Virus record (IMG/VR): IMGVR_UViG_3300033070_001497
Coordinates: 32,001-96,000 of that record
Source of the DNA: a virus
Taxonomy: Duplodnaviria; Caudoviricetes
Length of the DNA stretch: 64,000 nt
Direction: 5' to 3' (one strand)
The translations under genes were made by a program, and so were the position numbers. Position 1 is the stretch's first letter, and the number at the start of each line of letters is the position of its first letter. The notes under the pieces were generated by a model. The model did no database searches. It was not told the origin of the DNA and worked only from the letters and a program-made list of their open reading frames with translations. This document shows, in pieces, positions 20,005 through 29,057 of the stretch.

Positions 20005-21536
20005 GCACCGAAAGGACCATACTTCCTCTGTTGGATCCGACCATCAAGGTCGATCCACTCATGATCGAGGACCAGGAATCCGACGAGGCCAGGGCCTCGC
20101 TTGCGGGTGGAGTAGACCCAGACCTTCTGAACGAGAACTCCGCTAGGGCCGGCGCATGGATGCCCATGGTCGCAGTCAGGTCGATCATGTTCGATAAGAC
20201 GGAGATCAAATACCTCAATGTGAGCCTTGGGTCGAAGATCCCAAGGGTGACTCTCACGATCAAGGACTCTGCGCAGAAGTTCAACATCAACTTTCCTCTC
20301 GATGGAGATGTGATCTCGGTCTACCTGCGCCCTCCGGACAAGGACAATCAGCGGCCGATAAGGATCGACTTCGACATACTCTCGATCAACTCCTCGCCAA
20401 GCACACAGAGCTACACGTTCAGCGGCATCATGAAGATCCCTGGATTCTTCGGCGAGGTGTGCCGCTCGTTTCCATCTGCAAGCAGCTTCGACCACCTGAT
20501 GGATGTCTGTGAATCGGTCGGCCTTGGATTCGCATCGAACGAGACGACCATGGACGATGCGATGAAGAGGATCTGTGCGTTCGAGACATACGAGACGTTC
20601 GTCTCACAGTCCGTCCAGAACTGCTTCAAGAACGATGACAGTTTCTTCACTTGGTTCATTGATCCATACTACTACCTCTGTCTGGTCAACGTCAACAAGC
20701 AGTTCTCGCTCGAGGACAAGCTGGATGAGATCAACCTGAGCTATTCGGTGCCATTGGCTGGCATCGAGGGCCAGCAGGGCACCCAAGACACCATCAAAGG
20801 GTCGTTGGTCCTAACCAACAAGCTCGAGATGAATGGAATGAACACCTTCATCGAGCAGTTCTCGCTCGAGAACAAGAGCGCAAATGTGTGGATCGAGAAT
20901 GGTTACAAGCGGCAAGTCCAGTACTACGACATGGAGGCCGACGATCCTACCTACGTCAGGAACTTCATCGATCCATTGACGACACCAGGATCTGAGAACG
21001 AACAGATCCTGATGAAGGGCAGGAGGGACGAGGACACGTACAAGCGATCGATCAAGTACAAATGGATCGGCAACCAGTTCTCTAACACCAACGGCGGCCA
21101 CGTCCATGACAACTACATCTTCGCCAGGGTGCTCAATTTCCAGAACCTGATGGAAGTCGAGAAGATGTCGCTCAAGGTCAATCTGGCTGGCATGAACTTC
21201 TACCTTTCGAAGTACGCTCGAGTGCCGGTATTGATCTACCAATCTGGCCAAAACTCCAAGAACGCCCAACTCCTGAAAAAGAGGGACGAGGACCTCGGTG
21301 AGACACACGATTCTGACCCAAACAAGACGCAAGCTTTCAACGCTGCATCCTCGGTTGGGCCTGATGGATCACAGGATGGCCTGAACCCAACCGATCAGGT
21401 CAAGAACGAGTTCCTGTCTGGGTACTACGTGATCAGTTCGATCGACTATAAATACACGCCGCCTGGGCCAGTCAAGCAGTCGCTGGTGTTGGTAAGAAGG
21501 GAATGGCCGATCCCAGCTAGGAACAAGGATGTCTAA
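20001..21536 (+). CDS. putative baseplate hub protein (gp27-like)
   Basis: Lies between the gp53-like and gp5-like genes; C-terminal LSGYYVISSIDY...LVLVRR is typical of hub proteins. Confidence 0.6.
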   Translation: MSTERTILPLLDPTIKVDPLMIEDQESDEARASLAGGVDPDLLNENSARAGAWMPMVAVRSIMFDKTEIKYLNVSLGSKIPRVTLTIKDSAQKFNINFPLDGDVISVYLRPPDKDNQRPIRIDFDILSINSSPSTQSYTFSGIMKIPGFFGEVCRSFPSASSFDHLMDVCESVGLGFASNETTMDDAMKRICAFETYETFVSQSVQNCFKNDDSFFTWFIDPYYYLCLVNVNKQFSLEDKLDEINLSYSVPLAGIEGQQGTQDTIKGSLVLTNKLEMNGMNTFIEQFSLENKSANVWIENGYKRQVQYYDMEADDPTYVRNFIDPLTTPGSENEQILMKGRRDEDTYKRSIKYKWIGNQFSNTNGGHVHDNYIFARVLNFQNLMEVEKMSLKVNLAGMNFYLSKYARVPVLIYQSGQNSKNAQLLKKRDEDLGETHDSDPNKTQAFNAASSVGPDGSQDGLNPTDQVKNEFLSGYYVISSIDYKYTPPGPVKQSLVLVRREWPIPARNKDV

Positions 21537-24066
21537 CCAAGGATTCATAGACGGAGCCCTAAACAGGTTCGCGAAGACGAACTTGGCCTATGAGAACAAC
21601 CCTCTCATAGCCATCCAGGACCCAACTTACCTTGGGTTCAAGCTCATGTTCCTTTTCGACCAGCCGATGAGCGGGCTTCTGTCGACGGTCGACCACCCTA
21701 ACACCGCGATGGGTTACCTCTCAAGGATTGGGGACGACAACCGTGCGTACTACCTCTCACAGTTCGTGGATACCCTGAGAAGGATCAATGGCCATTGCCC
21801 ATGGTTCTTCCAATCGATCAGTGGATTAGATGAGGCATGGAAGCGTGGGTTCCATGAGGAAGAATTCAAATCTAGGCTGATCGATCGGAAGATCACGATC
21901 GGATGCCTTGAGAGCATCGACCTCAGGATGACTGCCCTGATGGATCTCTACCGGAAGGCCTGTTTCGATTGGAATTACTACCGCCAGGTTGTGCCATGGA
22001 ACCTAAGGACCTTCAGTGTCTATGTCTATGTCTATGAGTCGAGGACGATCAACCGAACAGGCACGCCCACCCGCGAAGTTGAGGGCCCGCCTTCTCCTAA
22101 TCCATCGATGACAGAGAGGATGCTCGGCAAGGAGATCCTTTCCGATTTCGATGATCCATCCCAGATCAACAACACCACGAATCGACTGCTTTTCAGGTTC
22201 GATCAGTGTGAGCTCATCCCAGACGATTCCTCAGGGATGCTCGAAAAGGTCGGCAACGATAAGATGGAGATGGCTTCTCAGAAGTTCAGCTTCTCCTACC
22301 GCCGCGTCTATGAGGAGAACCTGTACAACTTGTTCTCCGATCGGTTGCTATCTGATGAGATGATAGGCAACCTCGATAAGGCTGCGTTGGATGACTCTGA
22401 GATCATAGGCGGTTACGCCCTCAACTCTCCTGACAACCCTACGCCTGGCAAGATAGATCCGAAGACATTCAAGGACAAGCTCAAGGAACAGGTCGATAAG
22501 TTCAAGGAGAAGGCTAAAGCGAAGTTGGATGCTTTGGGCAACGTGTTCGATCAGGACACAGTCCTTAAGACAGTGGAGGATCAGCTTCTTGCAAGGGCCA
22601 AGAACTTGGTCGGTAGCCAAGTCGGTAAAGCTATACTAGGCAATGTGTATGGTTTCTCCCCAGGAGGAATCGTTGCAGCCGCTGGCGCTGGGATCGATGG
22701 GCTTGTACAGCAAGCGATCACCACCGCTGGTGGGCCTGGCGCATCGTTCACGAACACGATCGATAAGCCTAGCGGACAGTACTTCGATGAGGTCACGAAC
22801 AATCAGGTCACCACGCCTAACGGCAATGTGGCTACTGGCCCATCGCTCAATAACGTCCTTGAGATCGCGAACGGTGAATCGAATGGCGGCGCCTCGTTGG
22901 CCAACGTGCTAGAACAGGCCAGCGGTGAGCTGACAGATGGACCATCAGCCGATAACATCGAAGGCTCTGCCACCGGCGAGATCCAGGAAGGAGAATCGCC
23001 TTCAAACGTCAACATGGATCCGCCTCCTGGCTCTCTTACAGGAGAATCAGCCGCAAATACCGAGGGCGAACCCGCTGGAGAGGTCGGTGGCGGCCCGTCG
23101 ACCTCTAACACCGAAGGAATACCTACTGGTACCGTTGGAGGCGGCGAATCACTCTCTAACATCACCGAGGAGGCCTCTGGCAGGATCCAGGACGGTCAAA
23201 GCGTCGGCAATAAGACCACCCTTGCTGGAGGCAAGATCCAGGAAGGACAGTCTGTTGGCAACTCGCTTACTGACGCATCCGGTAAGATCCAGGATGGCCA
23301 ATCGGCCTCGAATGTCGAGCAGGAACCGGCTTCGAGCGGCTACTCTGGCGTATCGGCTGAATCCGGAAAGGCAAGCGGAAGCATCCAACCCGGCCAATCG
23401 GTCGGAAACGTAGAACAGGAGCCTACCCCATCTGACTACTCGGGCGCATCCACAGAGAACAAAGAGAGGGATGCCTCGGGACAAATCCAAGACGGACAAT
23501 CCGTTTCGAACCGCAATGGCATCCCAGATCCAAGCCCAATCCATGGCGAATCGGTCAAAAACACCGTACAACAAGGAGGAGGACAGATCTATGAGGGAAG
23601 CAGCACATCGAATCAGCTCACCGAAGCGAACGGCGAATTGCCTGACGGCCCATCGCGCCTGAATAGGACAGACGAGGATCCTATCGGCAAATCCCAGACT
23701 GGTGCATCTCTGGAGAACAAGATCGGGTTGGCGCATGGAAGCGTCGCCACTGGGCCTTCACTATCCAACCAGGACGTTTTCCATTCGAAGGCCAATCTCA
23801 ACGACGCGGAAGGCATCCCAGGCGGCAACCCAGTCAAGGATCGGTTCGAGCCATCTATGAACAACAAGACTGAGGATCTTCTCAGGTCATCGATCCAGGA
23901 TGGCCCTTCTGGACTCAACCGTCTTTCGGAAAGAGGCTTGACCGACAAAGGCGGAGATCAACCGTCGGAAGCCAATGGCACCGAATCGATCAATGAACGG
24001 ATAGCAGACGGTCCATCGAAAGGAAACTCGTTGGGGCCTCCTCCACATGAGAACGTGAACCGCTGA
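21529..24066 (+). CDS. structural protein with globular N-terminus and long 17-aa tandem-repeat tail
   Basis: Baseplate context; C-terminal half is xxxGxxxxGxSxxNxxx repeats. Confidence 0.7.
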   Translation: MSNQGFIDGALNRFAKTNLAYENNPLIAIQDPTYLGFKLMFLFDQPMSGLLSTVDHPNTAMGYLSRIGDDNRAYYLSQFVDTLRRINGHCPWFFQSISGLDEAWKRGFHEEEFKSRLIDRKITIGCLESIDLRMTALMDLYRKACFDWNYYRQVVPWNLRTFSVYVYVYESRTINRTGTPTREVEGPPSPNPSMTERMLGKEILSDFDDPSQINNTTNRLLFRFDQCELIPDDSSGMLEKVGNDKMEMASQKFSFSYRRVYEENLYNLFSDRLLSDEMIGNLDKAALDDSEIIGGYALNSPDNPTPGKIDPKTFKDKLKEQVDKFKEKAKAKLDALGNVFDQDTVLKTVEDQLLARAKNLVGSQVGKAILGNVYGFSPGGIVAAAGAGIDGLVQQAITTAGGPGASFTNTIDKPSGQYFDEVTNNQVTTPNGNVATGPSLNNVLEIANGESNGGASLANVLEQASGELTDGPSADNIEGSATGEIQEGESPSNVNMDPPPGSLTGESAANTEGEPAGEVGGGPSTSNTEGIPTGTVGGGESLSNITEEASGRIQDGQSVGNKTTLAGGKIQEGQSVGNSLTDASGKIQDGQSASNVEQEPASSGYSGVSAESGKASGSIQPGQSVGNVEQEPTPSDYSGASTENKERDASGQIQDGQSVSNRNGIPDPSPIHGESVKNTVQQGGGQIYEGSSTSNQLTEANGELPDGPSRLNRTDEDPIGKSQTGASLENKIGLAHGSVATGPSLSNQDVFHSKANLNDAEGIPGGNPVKDRFEPSMNNKTEDLLRSSIQDGPSGLNRLSERGLTDKGGDQPSEANGTESINERIADGPSKGNSLGPPPHENVNR
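22813..24035 (+). repeat. degenerate 51-bp (17-aa) coding tandem repeat, about 20 units
   Basis: For example EASGRIQDGQSVGNKTT / LAGGKIQEGQSVGNSLT / DASGKIQDGQSASNVEQ. Confidence 0.85.
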
Positions 24067-24824
24067 TGGAAACCTACCGCGATAACCTACACACGACATC
24101 TTGGCTAGGGGAGGTAGTTGATGTCAACGACCCGCTGAAGATCGGACGAATCAGGGCCAAGGTCTTTGGAAAGTTCGACGAGCTGAACACTGAGGACATC
24201 CCATGGGCCACCCCTGCGACGTCATGGTCAGGTGGCAGCGGCACAGGAGGCGGCTCATTCTCGGTCCCAAAGAAAGGATCGATCGTCGCGATCCAATTCA
24301 ACAATGGTGACCTATACCATCCGGAGTATAGGTTCAACCAGAACCTATCGAAAGAGGTCAAAGATCTGATCAAGGATTCGTACACGAATGCCCATGTCGT
24401 GGTCTATGACACCGTAACCGACGGTGGCATGAAGGTCTACTTCACGGAGAAAGATGGGCTGATGATCGATTACAAGTCGACGAAGCTGAACATCAAGCCG
24501 GACAATTCTATCAGCATAAAGAACCCGAATGGCGATGAGGTCGAGATGAAGAACAACGGCAACATCACGATCAACGTCGAAAAGACCGCGAAGATCAAGT
24601 GCATGGATGCTAAGATTGTAGCACAGAACTCGATCCATTTGGACTGTTCGAAAGCCGCATCCATCAAGCTGGGATCAGTTGCTACCAATTCGATCATCCT
24701 AGGAGAACCTTTCCTTGCTCTGTTCAACGCACACGTCCATGTAGGCAACCTCATGTACCCTACTAGCCCTCCTATAACGCCAGCACCAGCATCTCTTCTC
24801 AGTCTGGTTTCAAAGACCCAATGA
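24066..24824 (+). CDS. baseplate central spike, gp5/VgrG-like (OB fold + beta-helix, no lysozyme)
   Basis: WLGEVVDVNDPLKIGRIRAKVFG...IPWA...SVPKKGSIVAIQF..GD..HP is the Gp5_OB pattern; C-terminal FNAHVH metal-binding tip. Confidence 0.85.
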   Translation: METYRDNLHTTSWLGEVVDVNDPLKIGRIRAKVFGKFDELNTEDIPWATPATSWSGGSGTGGGSFSVPKKGSIVAIQFNNGDLYHPEYRFNQNLSKEVKDLIKDSYTNAHVVVYDTVTDGGMKVYFTEKDGLMIDYKSTKLNIKPDNSISIKNPNGDEVEMKNNGNITINVEKTAKIKCMDAKIVAQNSIHLDCSKAASIKLGSVATNSIILGEPFLALFNAHVHVGNLMYPTSPPITPAPASLLSLVSKTQ

Positions 24825-24825
24825 C

Positions 24826-25287
24826 ATGCCGCTAGACAAAGACCAACTGAAAGAGAGCATCAAAACCGACCTCTCGACGACGATCGCCCAGAGCTTGACC
24901 GAAACACAGGAAGCGCTGTCAATTGCACTGAAAGACTCCGATGGTGGTTTCTATTCTGCGCTTACTAACATCAAGAATCGGGCCGAAGCGTTGGCTGGAA
25001 CCGATGTTTCACAATTCGTTCCAGCAGTTCAACTGATCGTTTCAGAGGAGTTCGCAAAGACCATCTCAAAGAAGATCGTCGAGGCTCTCAATTCAACTTG
25101 GGTAGAAAAGGTCAGTGAAGCCTTAGCGAAGTGCATATCGACTCGGATAGACGAGTACATCAAGAGCGCAGAAATCAGGGTACCTCCTGGCGCATCAGTC
25201 TATGTTCCTCCTCCATCAACTGGAGTCGGTGCAAGCGCAGGCCAAGCCTATGTCCAAGGAATTTCGAACCCTGCGACTATTAGGTGA
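24826..25287 (+). CDS. hypothetical virion protein
   Basis: Follows the spike gene; IDEYIKSAEIRVPPG motif. Confidence 0.7.
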   Translation: MPLDKDQLKESIKTDLSTTIAQSLTETQEALSIALKDSDGGFYSALTNIKNRAEALAGTDVSQFVPAVQLIVSEEFAKTISKKIVEALNSTWVEKVSEALAKCISTRIDEYIKSAEIRVPPGASVYVPPPSTGVGASAGQAYVQGISNPATIR

Positions 25288-25288
25288 G

Positions 25289-25295
25289 ATAGATA
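25289..25295 (+). promoter_or_regulatory. putative late promoter ATAGATA
   Basis: Recurrent motif in the gap before the S1-like gene, 24 nt upstream of the called ATG. Confidence 0.6.
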
Positions 25296-25319
25296 CTTAC
25301 CACTTCTAAAGGGAACTAC

Positions 25320-26552
25320 ATGAATCGTCCGGCAATCCGGAAATCGACGGCTCCACAACTAGAGAGCCTCCTGGCCAGCTACAAGGTCAAGCTTGAAACT
25401 ACCGAGAATCCAATGTTGCCACCGGCAATAGACTGGGATGCGTTAAGCGCCCAATCTGGGAAGAGGCTGGCCAACAACGTGAGGGTCAAGCGTCACAGAG
25501 GAGATGAGAAGACCCAGATCTTCTGCCATGAGCCTTACGCCCAGGAGCTGTACGAAGCTTACTTCGGTGAGCTCGTTGGCCTAGTGGAACCGAAGGTCAA
25601 CGCAGTAGTCAAGGGAAAGGTCATCTCTTGCAACGCCAAGACCGCATCGATCGACATCGGATGGCGTGAGGAAGCGATGATCGATCTTGGCCGCGAGGAC
25701 AAGTCGTACCTTCCTTACATCGAAACAGGGAACGAGTTCGAGGTCATCGTGGAAAAGGTAGATCCGAACGGAAAGAAGCCGGTGATCGTCTCGCTCACGA
25801 AGATGGTGAAGCGACGCAACGAAGAGGAGCTGATGAATTCCATCGGAAGCCGTGTCGCTTTCCCTGGCAAGGTCGAAAGCATGATCCAGAACGCCGGCTA
25901 CTACGTCGACATCTCTGGGATCAGGTGCTTCATGCCAGGATCGTTGGGTGGCATGAACAAGATCGTCAACTTCGAATCCCTCGTCGGCAAGGAGCTCTAC
26001 GTAGTTCCTATCGTCTATTCGAAGGAGAAGGAGTGCATCGTTGTCTCACACCGCAAATACCTGGAATCGTTGATTCCGGGTGAAGTCGAGAAACTCATCG
26101 TGGGCCAACGCTACGACGGGTTCGTGACTGGCACCAGCGTGCATGGCATCTTCGTCGAGTTCAATGGCTGCCTCACTGGCCTGATCTCAAAGTCAGACAT
26201 GTCAGAAGAGGTCACGGAGCTCTTCAGCAATGGCAGGATCAAACCAGGTGACACCATCAATTTCTTCCTGAAGGAGATATTGGAAGACAATCGATTGGTT
26301 CTCTCGATCAACCCAGTTGAACCGTCTCCTTGGGAGACGATCGAGGACCGGCTGAAGCTCAACACGAAAGTGAGCGGAAAGGTCAAGAAGATCACCAAGT
26401 TCGGTGTGTTCATCGAGCTCGAGCCTAAGATCGTTGGCCTTTTGCACCGGTCTTACCTCGATGAGGCGGATGTGTTCGAGGTCGGCCAGACCGCTGACGC
26501 GGTCGTGGTCAAGATCGATGTTCCAGGCAAGAAAGTATACCTGGCAAGCTGA
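25320..26552 (+). CDS. rpsA: 30S ribosomal protein S1 homologue (4 S1/OB domains)
   Basis: VVKGKV...IDIGWREEAMI; GYYVDISGIRCFMPGS...IVVSHRKYLE; GFVTGTSVHGIFVEFNGCLTGLI; GKVKKITKFGVFIELEPKIVGLLHRS. N-terminal IDWDA resembles Bacteroidota S1. Confidence 0.88.
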   Translation: MNRPAIRKSTAPQLESLLASYKVKLETTENPMLPPAIDWDALSAQSGKRLANNVRVKRHRGDEKTQIFCHEPYAQELYEAYFGELVGLVEPKVNAVVKGKVISCNAKTASIDIGWREEAMIDLGREDKSYLPYIETGNEFEVIVEKVDPNGKKPVIVSLTKMVKRRNEEELMNSIGSRVAFPGKVESMIQNAGYYVDISGIRCFMPGSLGGMNKIVNFESLVGKELYVVPIVYSKEKECIVVSHRKYLESLIPGEVEKLIVGQRYDGFVTGTSVHGIFVEFNGCLTGLISKSDMSEEVTELFSNGRIKPGDTINFFLKEILEDNRLVLSINPVEPSPWETIEDRLKLNTKVSGKVKKITKFGVFIELEPKIVGLLHRSYLDEADVFEVGQTADAVVVKIDVPGKKVYLAS

Positions 26553-26650
26553 TGGTAGTAGCATCATTCATCCTGGGCGCAATCCTAGGAGCGGCTGTGA
26601 TCGGGTATGTCATCATCCGGTTGATCAACGAACAGGGTCCGAATTTCTGA
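26552..26650 (+). CDS. small single-pass membrane protein (32 aa, not in ORF track)
   Basis: TGATG-coupled to the S1 stop; MVVASFILGAILGAAVIGYVIIRLINEQGPNF; fills the gap exactly. Confidence 0.6.
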   Translation: MVVASFILGAILGAAVIGYVIIRLINEQGPNF

Positions 26651-26653
26651 TCA

Positions 26654-26660
26654 ATAGATA
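26654..26660 (+). promoter_or_regulatory. putative late promoter ATAGATA
   Basis: 4 nt before GTG 26665. Confidence 0.65.
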
Positions 26661-26664
26661 GCCG

Positions 26665-27915
26665 GTGAACACCCGGCCATCCCCAATCGATTTTACCGAT
26701 CCAAGGATCGTTTTCAGGTTCTCATGTGAGTTTCTGCATGGCGATCCGCTCGTGGGTCGAATCACGGAAGCCATCGGCCTCCATGTCATCAAGCAGGGCC
26801 AGCCCAACCCATACCAAGCCAGGCTCACCAAGTTAGGCAAGGAGCGGTGGAAACTCAGCACCGGTTTCATGGATTACTCCCACGGGAGGCTTAGCATGAT
26901 CAACACGATGAGGTGGTTGGCCGAGTCATCGAAGACCGATAGCCACTGTGGGATGGTCCTCGATTTCAGCGCGTTCGATGGAAAGAACAACGTCACGTAT
27001 CGCGTCGATCCTATGAAAACAGTGCTAGGGTTCGATGATCGGTTGGCGCTCGAATCGTTCTCGGAGACGAGCCATGCTCCACAATCGATGAGGACTGCGA
27101 TCGATCGCCTCAACATGAGCCAATCGTCGCCGATCTATGGATGCGGAATTTCCCTTGGGTCAGAACATGGAACGGACTTCACAAGGGTCAAGGATGGATA
27201 TGTCAGGGTGAAGTACATCGGCGGCGAATCTTACCCACAGAAGCTTTCTGAGGGGTTGGCCATCGTCGAGAGCATCGCTAAGTGCATATCCGAAGGATAC
27301 CGATCCCCGGGCGTATACAACGAGTCTGAGAGGTCAACGTTCATCAGGATGGTGAGCGAATCGACTTCGATCAAGGGATCCTGTGCGGATTACCAGACTT
27401 TCAGGCAACGGTACCCGGAGATGAGACTCCGAACCAACATGTCAGACAACCCAAGGGAGCTGTCGGCGATGTTCAACCGGTTCAAGCCTTTGCTCATTTC
27501 GCTGTTGGAAGGATGCGAGATCGATGGCAATGAAGCGGAGATAAACTACGACAGCGATCGTGGGATGCTACAGATCAAAGAGGCCAAGCTCACCGTCAAA
27601 TCGATCGAAAGGATAGACCTTCTAGATTGCACGATCAAAGGTGGCAGGCTCCACAAATGCCAACTGTTCGAGTGTGAGTGCAAGTCATCCACGCTGAGCT
27701 GTTGCTACACGAAAGAAACGTCGGTCAAGAACTGCACAGCGGTCGATTGCTACCTGGACCTATTCAGTGAGATCAACGAATCGATCATCGATGGCCGCAT
27801 CACCGAGATCAAATGCTCGGTCGAGAAGTCTGCGATCAGGAACGGCCGGATCGGAAAGAGAGCCAAGATCGATGCGCTCACTGAGATCTACGAAAATGTG
27901 ACCAAGGAACAATGA
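26665..27915 (+). CDS. degenerate amidoligase-like protein with C-terminal beta-solenoid
   Basis: WKLSTGFMDY...TDSHCGMVLDFS and YVRVKYIGGESY recall phage amidoligase E-x-x-T-G-P / C-x-x-H / EFRYxGG motifs, with substitutions; Cys-rich pentapeptide-like tail. Confidence 0.5.
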   Translation: MNTRPSPIDFTDPRIVFRFSCEFLHGDPLVGRITEAIGLHVIKQGQPNPYQARLTKLGKERWKLSTGFMDYSHGRLSMINTMRWLAESSKTDSHCGMVLDFSAFDGKNNVTYRVDPMKTVLGFDDRLALESFSETSHAPQSMRTAIDRLNMSQSSPIYGCGISLGSEHGTDFTRVKDGYVRVKYIGGESYPQKLSEGLAIVESIAKCISEGYRSPGVYNESERSTFIRMVSESTSIKGSCADYQTFRQRYPEMRLRTNMSDNPRELSAMFNRFKPLLISLLEGCEIDGNEAEINYDSDRGMLQIKEAKLTVKSIERIDLLDCTIKGGRLHKCQLFECECKSSTLSCCYTKETSVKNCTAVDCYLDLFSEINESIIDGRITEIKCSVEKSAIRNGRIGKRAKIDALTEIYENVTKEQ

Positions 27916-28670
27916 CACTCACGCCGACAACCCAAGAATTCATCGAGAGGGTCAAGCAGGAGCTGACTGTCGCTTGTGCGGTGCCGTTCGATCTCAAGGC
28001 CAAGGAGATCACTAGGCTGATCGAAGATGCGTATGGGTGGTTCACTTACTCATACGAGGATTCGGTTGAGGATCGGCTCTACGTCATACCAGTCTCGTCT
28101 TTCTCGGTCCCTCTGTTCAAGGCTAAGCGAGTCCTGCCGCTGCCCACCTGTGTGGTGGCTGTGAATGGGGTAAAGAAGCTTCGGGAGGATTTCCTGCCAT
28201 CCTTCTCGTTCGATGGCACCACGGACATCACGGCCGAGAAAGTGATCTTCAAGGATTCTGCCAACCTTGGCTATGGATCGGAATCCCTGATGTACTACGC
28301 GCTCAACCTCTATTGGATCGATCTGGCATCCCACATCCTCAACCACACGGTCTCCTGGACGTTCAACAAGAACACCGGGCTGCTCTTCTTCGGTGGAGAG
28401 ACGCCTAACCGGGACATCGTGGTCCAGTGCCAAACCAAGATCCCGCTGGATGATCTGATGAAGGACCATCTTTTCTACCGCTATGTGGTGGCCAAGGCCA
28501 AGATCCAGCTCTCCAGGATGATAGGAACGTTCGATTTCTCACTCGTCGGCAACGTGAAGATCAACTACGAGCTCGTAAGGGAAGAGGGCAAGGAGGAGCT
28601 ACAGGAGGTCAAGGATCGGATCAAGGGCGACAACGCCATGGACTTCTTCTTTACCAGTGGCGGCGGTTGA
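27912..28670 (+). CDS. neck protein, T4 gp13-like
   Basis: C-terminal YVVAKAKIQLSRMIGTFDFSLVGNVKINYELVREEGKEEL matches the gp13-like pattern. Confidence 0.7.
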   Translation: MTLTPTTQEFIERVKQELTVACAVPFDLKAKEITRLIEDAYGWFTYSYEDSVEDRLYVIPVSSFSVPLFKAKRVLPLPTCVVAVNGVKKLREDFLPSFSFDGTTDITAEKVIFKDSANLGYGSESLMYYALNLYWIDLASHILNHTVSWTFNKNTGLLFFGGETPNRDIVVQCQTKIPLDDLMKDHLFYRYVVAKAKIQLSRMIGTFDFSLVGNVKINYELVREEGKEELQEVKDRIKGDNAMDFFFTSGGG

Positions 28671-28677
28671 TTGTCCA

Positions 28678-28684
28678 ATAGATA
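28678..28684 (+). promoter_or_regulatory. putative late promoter ATAGATA
   Basis: 4 nt before GTG 28689. Confidence 0.65.
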
Positions 28685-28688
28685 GGAC

Positions 28689-29057
28689 GTGCCAATCGAT
28701 TTCTATTTCAGGATGCCAGAGGATCCTAACTACTCGAGCTACGAGACGGAGGTGGCCGAGGAGCTGGACCAATTCTTGCAGCAGGTCGAGATGATCCTGA
28801 CCACCCGGAAGGGCCAGGTCCTTGGAGAGCCGAAGTTCGGGGCCAACCTCGAGGATTTCCTGTGGAACTACAGGGCCTCGTCTTACCAGATCGAGAACGA
28901 GGTCAAGTCCCAGATCGAAACTTGGTGCAGCGAGCTCGGACAGAAGTTCAGCTACAAAGTCGAGGCAAGCTTCATCCCAGGTGACATAAGCGACTCGATC
29001 CTCGTCGATATCACCATCGACGGAACAAAAGTCCTAGGGATAGGAGTGAGACCATGA
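28689..29057 (+). CDS. baseplate wedge subunit, gp25-like
   Basis: ILTTRKGQVLGEPKFGANLEDFLW is the GPW/gp25 motif. Confidence 0.85.
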   Translation: MPIDFYFRMPEDPNYSSYETEVAEELDQFLQQVEMILTTRKGQVLGEPKFGANLEDFLWNYRASSYQIENEVKSQIETWCSELGQKFSYKVEASFIPGDISDSILVDITIDGTKVLGIGVRP

